A DNA stretch of 58,352 bases from NCBI GenBank assembly GCA_001655205.1, contig LPNZ01006560.1, positions 1-58,352 on the forward strand. The letters are read 5' to 3'. The notes below the pieces were generated by a model that saw nothing but the letters and a program-made list of their open reading frames with translations, had not been told where the DNA came from and did not search any database. Shown in pieces: positions 11,101 through 23,289 of the stretch (its first letter is position 1; each line of letters starts with the position of its first letter). This stretch comes from Lenisia limosa (taxonomy: Eukaryota > Protista > Breviatea). The position numbers and the translations under genes are program-made.

Positions 11101-14100
11101 GGTTGCCTTACATCTTGCGACATTCGAGATATGGTGGAGAGAACTGTTAGCTCCAAGCACGTGACACCCACGACAATCTACAGTGTCAGAATACAAACTT
11201 AATCTCTTTAAATGGTAAAATAGAGTACCTGGAAGACACCAGCCAGAGTGACACTGACAAGCAGCCTTGTTTCTGACTGCCTCTGAAGATCGGACAAAGA
11301 CCTCTGTTTGGAATTAGTTCAGTTGCAACACTTTTTCTCAACAAATACTACGGAGATACGTACCTCAAAATCAGTACGCAGAAATAAGACATTTGTGGCG
11401 TATTTGTCGCTGATTGTGGCGTAGGCAGCCAGACGGGTCCCGCCAATCAAGGGGGCCACTACAGCACCCTAGTCAGTTAGATCTTGACTTTGTGTCCAAT
11501 AGCTTACAGTTTCTGGACACAGTCTTGTCTCATCATAGTCTGCCGATGAGATGAGAGAGGGAACAACCTGAATCATGAGCAACAAGTCCATCTTATCAAA
11601 TAATCCAACTTACAGTGGTTCTCTCGAAGACCAAAGCAGCGGAAGTCCCGGAATACGACTCTCCTTTCGGTGCAATAAGGAAGTCATCAGATGGGATGTT
11701 TTTGTCCTAGTGAATTAATACGGTTGCTGTTCAAAAAAGACACCACGTACAGGGCTATTAATTTGGTAGGTAACACATGCGTTCACAAGATTTGCATACT
11801 CTGCCTATTTGGAAATAAGAAAGTTGTGTGCACGGTGTTGTTAGGCAAATGATTGGGTGAAATAATAGCATACATCTCTTATAATCATGCGGCGTCAGCC
11901 AGATACTCCCATTCATTTCTACATATTATAGAAAAAGACACAAAATGTTAACCCATATCCACTAGTGATATGATCATATGACCGACTTTCAAGTCGAAAT
12001 GATGAACGAAGATAACACGAGGGTTAATCCCGAGTGTATCAGAGTATCATGAGACGCATCCTTAATCATCTTAAAGTAGCTAAGCAGTTGAAAGCGCCAA
12101 ACCTCTTGGAAGCTAAAAATTGTCCATGTCACCTTAATCCTGATTATATATATATGTCTATTTCCCATTCTGATTGTCCTACTTCCCACGGTAATCATGT
12201 TTTAACGAGTAATCTTGCATGTATTTAAATAGTAACCTCAATACACTATGTGGGTTGGGTTTCCAATGATGATGATGATTTACCTGCTGAAGTGGAAAAA
12301 AAGCTCGCTTGTTACATCAGAAATAAGGTTGCGGCTCTGGGTAATTCGGGACACTGTCCTCCCTTCTTTGCGTTTGCCGACTTTNNNNNNNNNNNNNNNN
12401 NNNNNNNNNNNNNNNNNNNNNNNNNNNNNNNNNNNNNNNNNNNNNNNNNNNNNNNNNNNNNNNNNNNNNNNNNNNNNNNNNNNNNNNNNNNNNNNNNNNN
12501 NNNNNNNNNNNNNNNNNNNNNNNNNNNNNNNNNNNNNNNNNNNNNNNNNNNNNNNNNNNNNNNNNNNNNNNNNNNNNNNNNNNNNNNNNNNNNNNNNNNN
12601 NNNNNNNNNGATTTACGCAGTAGTGGGGGAAAGTAGGGTAACCTAGCTGACGGTACCCTTCCTTACCTCTACGCACTCCCTAAAATGCACAAATCCCCAA
12701 TAAGCTTCAGATTCATCGCCGGCGGTAAAGATGTAATCGATTCCGTACCTTCTAAGCTTTTATGCTCCATGCTTACCCATATCGAGAGTACACTGCATGC
12801 TAAAGACCTTTGAATATTGCTTCATCTGGCCAACGCCGTCATATTATAACCCATTCTGCTGAGCAGGCTACACAACGAATTAATCATATTGGGACTGCTA
12901 ATTCGCTGTAAACATTTGATTTCTCAACACTTTATACCAAGTTCATACAGTCTGACCTCCTAAATGATGTTAAAGCCTTCACTCATATTTCTGAACGGGA
13001 TAACATCTCCAGTAACCATCTGAAATTATGTCTCAAATCTTGTCTAAATCTAATATCTATGATCTACTTCACTGGGTTGTTTCTAATATGTATTTTCATA
13101 ATGGTGATCTCACCTTTCATCAAACGGTCGGCCTACCCATGGGTACCAATGCAGCTCCTCTGCTCGCTAACCTTGGGCTGTATCGCCACGAAAGGGACTT
13201 TGTCTCGAGTCACCAGGACGACACAGTGATATCAACCTTCAACAACGCCTTAAGGTTTATTGATGATATTCTCTTGATTGACCTCATCATAGCTTCCATA
13301 AACATATTATCGCAACATCTGATGATATTGATCTGCAATTATCACAAACATCCGCTTCCACAACTGCAGTGGGTTATCTTGGTATATAGGTTAACATTCA
13401 TAGGAATCATATCAATACTTCAATATAAGATAAACGCAGGGATTTTTGTTTTAAAGTCAATCAATATCCACATATCCATTCCACTATTCCGAAACATATT
13501 GTAAAAGGTGTCTTGAACGGGTAACTCACGCGTAACGGTCGATTGTGTTCTCAACCGAGACACTTCGCCTACAACGCTGGTCGTCTCATCCGAACCCTTA
13601 ATACCAATGGATATAATCTTGCATCCCTCAAGAAATTAACGATATCGTTCATCTTCAAATTCAAGTTTGCATTTATGACACCCCATCGAACACAACTGAG
13701 GGCGCTTCTCCTAAGCAACCTCATCGGCCTCATAGACTAGGGGATCTCTCCACCTAGTCCAACAATTGAGCCACGTATAATTTGTTCTCCTTTGAGGACG
13801 TTATCAATATTTACGATAATATTTTCCAATAAAGCCTTTGATGTCTGCAATTCTAACTCTCTGGCACCTCCTGAATCTCTGGCATAAGACGGATTTAGGA
13901 GGGCCTACCTGGGTTATTATGCAGGGGCTATTATCCTTATTCATGAATCTAATCCTTGTAGGTATGCTGGGGAGGCACNNNNNNNNNNTCTATAGCAAGT
14001 ATTCAAATTTCAAATCCAGTTGTTGACAGATTTTTGAGATTTCAGTTTTAATGTTTAACAATTATACAGTTTTTGTCCTTTCAAAATCAATATTTTTTAA

Positions 14101-16768
14101 GGGCACAAATGAAAATATCGTTATATATAACCGTTATACTGAAAGAAGCCAAAGAAGGTTGTACTCCTAAACTTTTTTCTTTTATATTCCTTTTACGGTC
14201 CAAAATGCTTAATTTACGTTCAAAAATGAAGAAAACGGAACAAAATCAAACCGACCTTTTCTTGGAAGCTCTTGAGGTCAGCACCCTCCCTTGATTTAGC
14301 CTCACGCAACAGCCCCTTGTGGTCAATTGCAGACTGTGCTCTCACTGCTGCAACCTCCTCTGTGTTGTCATTTTAACAGAATGACAACAGGGATGCACAT
14401 GGGGGATAAAGAATGAGATAAAAAAGCAAAAAAGGAAATAAATAAAAGAAAATGAACCAACCTCTCAGCTTGGAAATCGTAGATTGGCGCTGAGAAGCTT
14501 CGCCTTCCCGTTCTCTTTTAGCCACTGCCAGCTCCTGCTCAAGTTTCAACCTCTCTGCTGAAGCCTGAATAGTTACATGTGTAGAATGTGTGTGCAATCA
14601 AAACGAAGAAATAGTCAACTTAGTACTTTTTTCTCCTTTGAAATGATTTGCGATGTGAAGTCTAATCGACTCTTCTCTTCTTCAACTGTAGTGGCCAAAC
14701 GCATAAAGGTCATATCTTGCAGCGCTTGGAGGGTCTTGCCAAGAACTTGAAGCTGCGGGATTAAAAAAGTACAAAAAATGAAGAATAAATATCCGTATTT
14801 TTCACAGGGCACAAAGCCGTGTACATAAAACTCTGAAGTCATTCTCTCGTTTATCGAACTCTGTATTTCAAGCCCCCGAGATTTCTTCACCATTTCGGGG
14901 GTACAAAACAGGGAGACTCGAGAGTGAAGATTGGTGACGAGCAGGAAACACGAATGAACGTATCGTCAATCATCTTCATCAGATTTATTTACTTTAACTT
15001 CTAAAAATAAAATTTAGCACTTAACTGGTTAAATGCTCCGGTAGGAGGGCATATGGTATTTTTGTGTGATATTACTTTTATAAAGGAATTTTGTTTTTTA
15101 AAAAAGTCTAGTTAAAACGAGATGTGCATCAAACTATTTCGGTCGCAAGTGTATTTTTTTTTGGAAAAAAAGAGAAGTGTGCTCTCATTTTTCTTTTTTG
15201 GATGATCTTAAACAATTTCCTGTTCTCTATCCTTTGCTCTCTGAATTGATTGTTATTGAAAGATACAATCATTTGAAAAGAGAAAAGAGAAAGAGATGCA
15301 TTGATCATTGAACATCGAGAAATCGTCTCAGACCGAGGCACGCTATTCTGTTTTGCGCGTCATATTGAACGTGATTCACGCCACTTTTATACCTTTACTC
15401 CTTTCTCAAAATTGACTTAAGAGTCATTATCAATACAAATAGAATAATTTATACATACTATAGGTAGATCGCACCAAGGAAGGCCTATTCTTCGAACTAA
15501 TCTACTATCCGAAACAACTTCCCCATTTGAAACCCTGTTTTCAAGGTCTAATCATGTAAACCCCATACTTCAGGTGAACGCTCAGCGTGAGTGTCTTGAA
15601 GACGTGAAGGCAACTCTGGGTCTTCCTGGGAGGGGGGGGGGGTAAAATTGGACAATTTATGAAACAACAAAAGCCCAAAATCAAACTCGGTTGGCTGACA
15701 ACACACTGGTTGAGAAAAACAAACAAATCCCGGGCCAGCCGCTTCTGTAGCACTGCCCAACCCTCGTGTGTTGCCAAGAGGGTTGATTTTGGGCACTCTT
15801 TTTTTGTTTCATGAAATTTCCAGGTATTAAAAGTATCATACGTAAAAGGTGCGAAAGAAAAAGAGTCCAAATAATATCCAAGTTATTCAGAAAATAAACT
15901 AACCAACTAAAACTAAGGGGAAGGGATTGAAACGAAGGAATAATTGCGTAAGGGTACTACTACTGGTCACGAAATGACTTCTCTGAAACTACCTCAAAAA
16001 CTAACAAATAGTCCATGTGATTTGGGGTGGAGGGAAATAAGAAACAAAAAAAGCCCAAAATCATCTATTGGCTGACAATACACGAGGGTTGAGAACAACA
16101 TGCGAGGGGGGGGGGCAGCGGTCTTAAAGAAACGTGGTGCTTTGGGATCGAGAAAGTAGTATGCACGTTGAACTCTCAACTTGCTCACTTTGAGGGATTT
16201 AACCAAGGTACGTGTTGATTGACGTAACTGTCGCGCCACCTCACGTACTTCACTTTGGTAGTCCTAGAGGATGAGGAAACGGAAAACTAAACAAAACCAC
16301 AAAAAAAACAAAAGTATAATGATGATTAATTGCCCTTTAATTGTTCATCAACTAATACGTCTTAGATCTGTAATAAAACGGCACAGAGAGTATCCTAATG
16401 ATATGCCTTTACTTCAAACCTTATATCTGTTTTTGTCAGGGCCCGCCTTCATTTGTCCCTTGATCGCAACCAAGTCATCAAATCGTTTTTCAAGGGCAAA
16501 CAGCTCTTCAACCTAAAATATTACCAACCTGGTGATTTCAATAGAAGGGAAGGATGAAGGCTCCTTTCAAAGGGGGGTTCTCTCATCCAAATAAGATACA
16601 CTTTGATAAACTAACCTCAGAATGAACTTCAGTTCCAAAAATGCCTTGAGGATTATCCATTTGTTTGACAGTTTCCGGCGTGACCCATGAAACCAGATTG
16701 GCACTGGAGGTGACCTCCTCCAGAACGGCCATCATCCGCTGCGCTTCAACATTAGTGAGGCGATGCAT
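5156..16768 (-). CDS. DRC10: Dynein regulatory complex subunit 10 (IQCD/DRC10), split across assembly gaps
   Basis: Exons resemble IQCD in order: MHRLTNVEAQRMMAVLEEV (16768), EVARQLRQSTRTLVKSLK, EDPELPSRLQDTHAERSPE (15576-15632), LQDMTFMRLATTVEEEKSRLDF (14620-14755), EVSLRKMKVRVEQE|VVNWINKYDSDMEEK (7620-7970), and the terminal IQ motif AATAIQAVFRGYSERKKLAKKKRKGRKK (5165-5290). Confidence 0.85.
5506..8593 (+). CDS. FNTA: Protein farnesyltransferase/geranylgeranyltransferase-I alpha subunit
   Basis: MSDSWVPLGEQEMFKDVVPLPQDDGDAPVVTIAY; PFTA repeats (ESNPKNYQIW.HRR, EDSKNYHAWGHRQW, EDLRNNSAWTQRY, KAPNNECPWNYIKG); C-terminal LASNLDPLRVKYWTWIADSLKGK with stop at 8591-8593. Confidence 0.92.
8700..13978 (-). 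CDS. Membrane receptor with TM-HAMP and a degenerate class III nucleotidyl-cyclase domain, followed by a Ser/Pro-rich tail; 5' end uncertain
   Basis: Spliced exons at 9600-11790 give a hydrophobic helix (LLVSVTLAGVFQIVVGVTCLELTVL), HAMP (ISRMSQDISAVSALKTLSRRVRASTNDEFGNMGRNVNQLLSRIE), then LASRMLPPEILEKMRVGSNVDDKVDNCGIVVAGISDFARLSHSLQPVQVMFLLEKFDEELGHLLDRHYAFKL...SGL...AHMCLLALEI...VAAAVHIGDLYCG...SDAINTCYSL. Probable further 5' exons lie at 13830-13978, and the tail exons reach about 8750. Confidence 0.7.
12034..13740 (+). mobile_element. Decayed Penelope-like retroelement (Naiad/Chlamys-type reverse transcriptase)
   Basis: N-terminal CPC...HVLTSNL motif, YALPKMHKSPISFRFIAGG (~12680), TFDFSTLYT (~12915), GLPMGTNAAPLLANLGLY (~13130), LRFIDDIL (~13250) and thumb DKRRDFCF...YPHIHSTIP...LCSQ...NGY. 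In-frame stops, deletions and a frameshift are present, and a gap interrupts it at 12385-12609. Confidence 0.85.
15654..16095. repeat. Three ~55-bp related repeats inside one DRC10 intron; two form a ~165-bp imperfect inverted repeat
   Basis: aaacaacaaaagcccaaaatc...ttggctgacaacacactggttgagaa (15661), an inverted copy ending ttgattttgggcactctttttttgtttc (15810), and a direct copy at 16041-16094. Confidence 0.7.
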
Positions 16769-17225
16769 GGTAGTGGGTGGGCCACACTCCCTGGCCGCTC
16801 TTTATACTCACTGAATCCACCCCTATGTCCCTATCCCTGATTTATAGCGCGTAAGAACGTGATGGGGGATTGGTGTGTGAAGAGGAATCAACAAGAAGAA
16901 CCCCGCTTCGAAATAAAAAGCAACCACTCTCTTTTATTTTATCAAATTATTTACAACCAATTGATTCTGTCTCTGTTGGTGCTGTTGGGCTGGGGGAAAA
17001 AACAATAATAATAAATATGTTTGTGGGGAGTACTGTTTTCCATTTACAACCAACCTTTCTAAACATTTTTTTATTTTGTGTTTTAGACTAAATATTGTTG
17101 ACTTAACTCAAATTAGACGGTTGGAGAAGTTGGTAGTTCGCTTTTTGTACCAGCTTTTTATCATTGACCATTAGTGGAAGAAGTAATACTTGAAAAGCAT
17201 TAACGCAACTGAAGGCGATTTTGAA

Positions 17226-20200
17226 ATGCGTGAAGCAGTCGGACAAACAGAATGGCGAGGATCGGCCACTCATTCTCCTCTTGATGACCCTCTGCAAGCG
17301 CTTGGAGGACTTAATATCTCGTCTAGTCCTAAACCTGATGTAATTCTCCAGCATGAGAGCACAGGCTCGCTTCCAGAGTATTCTAGGCTGAAGGCTGAGC
17401 AATCTCCAATCATATCTGCCCGCGCTGTTGCGCTTACTCATTCCTTTGAGTCACTTCCTGACCCGATTTCAACTCCTCCTCCCACTCACAATGATGATTC
17501 TCGACGTTTGTTGGGTACCCAGCCTCTAATTGGCCTAATTATCCGTTATATTTTCTGTTTAAGTATCAATTAATTGTTTACCGGCTTTAGGAACTCTTTT
17601 CCTTGGCGACCTCGACGACCTTATCACTGAGGTGGGATTTTTTGGTGGTTGGGACAATCTTATGTGGGTAAGTTTACTGTATGAACATTTTTCGTGTTGA
17701 AGATAGTGTTCGGAATTCACATTTTGCGAGCTCTCTCAATGAGCAGGATATTCTGCATGAGATTTGCACCAACTATGGCGAAGTGACTATGGTGAGTATC
17801 AAGCGCGACAGACTGACGGGCAAAAGCCTCGGTTACGGCTTTGTTCAATTCAAGGTGAGACCTCCCTCCAACTGATGTGTGAGTTATTATTCTTCCATCT
17901 TTTCTTTCGATAAGTTGGGCTTTTGGAGACATGTTTTCAGGCTTATTTTCTCGAGTTTTGACCTTGTCAAACCAAGTAGGCCGATATTAATGTTTCAGGA
18001 CTCTGACACGGCTATCAAAGCTAAAGCCCTGTTCCATCGAAGCCCTGTTTGTGGATTCCATTTTGAACAAAATAAAACTTCCCTGTTTTTTGTGACCTCT
18101 AAAGCCGATGTTCAATGGACGCTCCTTCCGAATCAACTGGTCCCATAAGAGTTCACACCTTGTCATCAACAACCTCTGCCCCTCCATCGACAGGTTGACT
18201 CTCATCTCAATCTTCAGGTAGGTTGGAATCAAGAACTATCTGATCAAAGTCGCATTTCAATAAAGCTCGTTAATCTACATCTTTTTAAGAGAAGCTAGAC
18301 GTATTTGACTTCTTAGGCCCTTCGGTCCGCTCAACGAAGAAGAATGCCGCATCAAAAACAGCAATAACCGCCTTGCCACAGGACACATTTCGTTTTCGTC
18401 ATCAAATAACGCTGACCTTGCAAAGAGAGAGCTGGACGGAAAGCCTTTGGGCGTTTGTAGGAGGGCTTACATCAGGGATTCATGTGACTATTTGTTGACC
18501 TCTCCAGCACAATCAGTTGTGCGTATCAGTTGGGGACAGTCTGAGGAATCTTCGTCCACTGTGCATGTGAAGTTTGATCGAGGAGATGTGGGAGGGAAAT
18601 TTTAAACCTTTATGGGAGGCACCCAGAAAGTTGTATGCTCACGGTAGTGCAGTCTTTAATGAGATAAGACATGTTGTAAGCTCCACTTGAATACCCAGTA
18701 TTGTTATCAATTCTAATCTCCAGCCTTGAGTTTGTTTACATTTTAGTCTCGAAGAGAGGTGTCTGAAGAAGCTATTAGGGAAGTATTCGAACAGTGGGAG
18801 TGGGGTCCTTTTTTTTTNNNNNNNNNNNNNNNNNNNNNNNNNNNNNNNNNNNNNNNNNNNNNNNNNNNNNNNNNNNNNNNNNNNNNNNNNNNNNNNNNNN
18901 NNNNNNNNNNNNNNNNNNNNNNNNNNNNNNNNNNNNNNNNNNNNNNNNNNNNNNNNNNNNNNNNNNNNNNNNNNNNNNNNNNNNNNNNNNGATCCCTGGC
19001 TTTGTATTGTTTTAATATGCATATAGTGTATCATATGTACATACCGTGTTTCTTGTTCTAATAAATGAGTTTTACTGTTTTTTTTTTGACAAACAATTGG
19101 ATAAATTTATTTTTAATGTTCCATTAGGTTTGGTACGGTAGAGTCCATCAACATGCCCAGGCAACACGACGGTGTTTGGAAGGGTAAGATAGAATTTCCT
19201 GGATTTTTTTTTTTATGGGAATATAAGGAGTAATCGCCTTTCAGGTTACGCTTTTGTCAGTTTCCCCGAGACCCTCCGTGGCCAAGAAATGGCAGTCAAC
19301 GCAGTCAGCTCCCCCGAGCCCCTCACCATTGCGGGATATCCGGTGAGTAGGAGTTTGTGTTTATAAATGTGATGGTGTGAGCTCGTTGATGCAGCGTTTT
19401 CATTCTTTCAGATTTCTACATTAACTTTGTTCAGGTGGAAACGAACCGTGGCCGTAGAGGTGTTGGAAGGGGAAGTCGTAACTATCACCGTCCAATGCGA
19501 AACAACAACTATCACCAGCAGCACGGCGGGGTGAGCTTTGCACATCCTATTTCCTTTCTTTTCTTTCCTTTCTAATCTTGCAGCACCGTCTCCCTCAGGA
19601 GATGATCATGCCTCCCCACCACCAAGGAAACCTATACATGCCAATGTGAGCTCATGATGGATTGTTCTCAATGTTGACATATTAGGCCCCCCAGTGACCA
19701 GCAGTACTACGTAGTTGTCAACCAGCAAGGTCAACCCCTTGGCCCCCCTCAAAGAAGTCGCCCAATGCATTCGCAAGGACAGGTACATTAACAACCCCCG
19801 CCCCCTCAACAGAGTTTTCCTTGATACTTTTCTGTTTCATTGTTCTCATTTGACCCCTTTAGTACCCTGGTCAGATGCAGTACATGCCTCAGCCTATGAT
19901 CCAACAATCTCCTAACTCAAGTCTCAACAACCTCCATCAGTCCAGTCCTCCCATAACCCCGCATATCTCGCCGCACTCAAGTCTCACCCACCTTCATACC
20001 GGGTAAGTGTTTCTTGGCTTTTTCTATTGACCTGGCAGATTTGCGAACGCAGCAATGTATAGTTATAATGAGCAGCTACCTACCGGGGGATGGAGCCTTG
20101 GTCCTAAGCGCCCTATTGTGGTAGGTCATGAAGCAAATAGATCCTCATCAAATTAACTTTTTTTTTTTTTTTCTCTTTATTATTGTTGCTCCAAGGTATT

Positions 20201-20259
20201 GCCTTTTGAAAAAGACTTCTAATATTTCTCATTCTTTTAGCCAGCAGAGGAAGTCTTAA
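17226..20259 (+). CDS. Three-RRM RNA-binding protein, RBP45/47-Nam8/Ngr1-like, with Gln/His/Pro-rich tail
   Basis: RRM1 TLFLGDLDDLITE...YGEVTMVSIKRDRLTGKSLGYGFVQFK; RRM2 TLVINNLCP...RELDGKPL...VRISWG; RRM3 FGTVESINMPRQHDGVWKGYAFVSF; followed by RGRRGVGRG and Pro-rich exons. Confidence 0.75.
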
Positions 20260-20399
20260 TTGAGCCTTAATTCCATGTGTTTTTCTTTGGCTGTGGGGCC
20301 TTGTGGGCTTTTCTTTTGTGGTTTCTTTTTTGACGTTCAGTTCCTAGGTTTTCTTGATGCTTCTTTGTCTGTATTTGGTTAATACATGGTTTTCAGTGT

Positions 20400-22936
20400 G
20401 TTAGGGGTAAGAAATAATAAATACATAATACAATCGGACTTTACATAAGATTCAAGTCTGAAGAGATGAGCTGTCGATAACGGAGGTATCAGGCTAAACA
20501 GGGTCAGAGAATAATAAATAAAAACTGTCAGTGGATTAAATCCCCCAAACAGTAATTGTTCCCCCAAGTATTCTCGAAACGCTTGACATTGTGACAACAT
20601 GCAGGCTAAATTGTTAGTATGCAACCTGTCAAAGAGTGGGTGAAGAGTGGTTTTGGATCTTCCTTCTAACCTGTTTATACAGGTTGACGTGGTTATTGTT
20701 GAGGTTGCAAAAAACACTCCATGACTATGGCCACTCAATAAGATACAGGCTGAGTTGTAAAACAAAGGGGAGGGGGGTTGTTTATACAAACCGTAACCCG
20801 CGGTGGTGGTAGACACAGAGAGTTCCCCAAAGAAGTCCAATTGTGCACCACTGGAAAGTGAACTTCGAAAAAAAAGGAGTCTTCAAGACTGTCCTGATGT
20901 AGTATGTATAATATGAAGTCATCATTCATACTTGTACAAGGTTATAGCGTGCTTGTTTTCCGGTGCAGAAATAGAGCGTGTATCTCCGGCTTCAGTGTCT
21001 GAAACGAAAACGCGAGATCTACGTCATTATTGAATATTCTTCAAACAGTGAATGCAATCCATTACTTACATGAGTTTGGGTATCTATTACTTAAAAGAAA
21101 GACGCATTTTGTAACAGAAAAGCCTCATAAATGAAGATACTTCATTGGACAAAAATATAGAAAGTTCCTTGATGTGAATAGACCCCCTCCCCCAACCGCT
21201 CATTATGAAAAGTGCATCCAGTAAGTGAGAATGACTTGTAGAGGTATAGATGGGAGTCCTAAGCAATAAATAAGAATCAGCAAGCTGCCTTAAAAAGACA
21301 GGGTAACTACCTTAGAACTGATACATGACTGTACACTATTGCCAGTTAGAACAAGGTTTCTCAAAGATGTGTGCGACTTTTCAAACACTCTACACAAAGT
21401 GTAATTCGAAGACTGCTTTCAGATTTGGGAATATTACCATATTTTTGACAAACTACCCCCCCTCACAAAATATCCCATTCTTGTGATTCCATTGTAATTG
21501 TGTCAATAAAACAGTCTGATAACAGAGCATAGACTGAGTAGAAGTAGGTGTTTGCCTCCACGTTCTAAACAATGAAGACTGTAACAGTACCAAAAAGACC
21601 GAAATATCAATTTAGATACATAATTATTTCGGAATGTGTTCACAAGCTTGTGACATTATTGATTCATAGATAACCTTACCGTCAGTGTGAGACCTCCATT
21701 TCTCATTGACAATCCACTTCTGCCTTCGTACTAAATAATGAATTGAAAACAGTCATAACATTGAACACGATAGCTACCACCCCTTCCAACTCTTGAGCTT
21801 GTCATAATAAGTGATCCTCCATGAGGGAAGCTAATCAGTTCATACACATCAATGAAAGGCTGTTTAAGCTGACATTCCTAAAACGACAGTAAAGAGCCTG
21901 ATAACATCATAAGAAAATCCTTGTATTATCATTTTCACGTCAGTTGAGTAACACTACTTGTTTTCAGTGTTTTCTTAATCCCCGCGTACAGTAACCAAGA
22001 CCTGACTGTTGACATGGGCGGATATGATCGTTTTTATTCCACTTGTTGCAGCCGCAGATGAAACCGTGATGTCAACACCAATAATATTGACCATTGAATT
22101 CTCAATAGAAAACACTGAGTCTAAAAAAAGTCATTCATTGAAGTTCAATTATTCACATTAATACAGTAATTTGGCAAATAAATAGTATTTCTCTGGTCAA
22201 CCCTGCTTACGTGCAGCCACATGTGCAAAGGTGTATCCAGGTACAGCTCCTTTAGATGGTCTAAAAAATGATACTCAGAAAACACCTTCACTCGAGATCG
22301 CCATCATACATAAGGAAAGAGGCAGCCTTCCCATCTCCAGTGATATGTAATTTCGAGCCTGGCGGGATAACAACCGGCGTTGTGAACCTTCAAAACGTAA
22401 GTAATGTCTGGATCTTTTATTTCAAAAATGTCAGCAGAGTAAGACCTGAAGATAACCCCCCACGAATGAGATCCAGCAGGGGCATGGCATGTCCATTTTG
22501 TCTGAAGTGGGAGAACAGAGCTAAGATACTCTTCCACGCAGTCATTCAGTGTGTATGTGGGCGTCAGTGTCTATCAAGGTAGGTGAGGGAGCCTAAAATT
22601 GAAATAATACCTTTGTAATGATATCTTCCGAAGCAAAAAGCAGAGACTGCTGTGAAACCGTTCCGACCTAACTCCAGTCAACTCAACTTAAACGCACAAC
22701 ATACAACAAAACAACAACGTTACCTTTAAGTCATCAATTTGGCCACTACCAAAAGCATATCGTTCAGAAGCATCAAATGAAACTACAAAATGAATTCAAA
22801 AGGTGAGAGTGATCCGAGAGAGAGAGAGAGAGAGAGAAAGAGGGAGAGAGCAGTATAAATAAAATTTTGGCTTACCACTATTCCCAGTGCCTGAAAAGAC
22901 GCAAGAGACAGCAACAAGCAGAAGAACAACAATCAT
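20400..22936 (-). CDS. Orphan secreted/surface protein, possibly with parallel beta-helix-like repeats
   Basis: A signal-peptide exon MIVVLLLVAVSCVFSGTGNS (ATG 22936) splices in phase to VSFDASERYAFGSGQIDDLK and VGTVSQQSLLFASEDIITK. Later exons read GSKLHITGDG, GGSLIMTSS, NGGLTLT and LRNLVLTGNS. The 3' end is uncertain. Confidence 0.45.
22816..22850. repeat. (GA)n microsatellite in the first intron of the orphan gene
   Basis: gagagagagagagagagagagagaaagagggagagag. Confidence 0.9.
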
Positions 22937-23289
22937 TGTGGTATGCTGAGGATCCTTGGCCGGTAAGCAGGATGTTTCTTCTTTCTTTTCTCTTCTTCTC
23001 TCCTGCTCTCCTCTCCTACTGCTCTCCTAACCAATCTATAACATATATGTTCCAGACCAAGGAGCAATGTAGGCTGAATGTGGGCAATGTTGTCTATTGG
23101 GTGAAATGATACACTGGTCCAACATTCAACTTGCCTTGTTGTTTGGAGAACTTTTGGTGAAAATTGGGTGAAAACAACCGAAATAAAGTGGGGATAATAT
23201 AGAGACATTTAAACTGCGTTCAAAGTTGACAAATAATGAGCATTGGATTCTGACTTTCTCGGAGTTTTTGATTTTGCACTTTTCTTCTG

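Noticed and set aside
12248-12676. ORFs running through N tracts (also 989-1477, 7902-8169, 18639-19061, 24005-24391, 55218-55568)
   Set aside because: Their length is an artefact of translating gaps.
12800-13530. In-frame TAA/TAG/TGA in the retroelement suggesting an alternative genetic code
   Set aside because: The stops replace different expected residues (Tyr in one place, Gln in another), frameshifts and deletions co-occur, and host genes end in TAA, TAG and TGA. This is decay, not recoding.
15541-15881. Three overlapping minus-strand ORFs suggesting a separate small gene
   Set aside because: Only 15576-15632 is coding (a DRC10 exon); the rest is the intronic inverted repeat.
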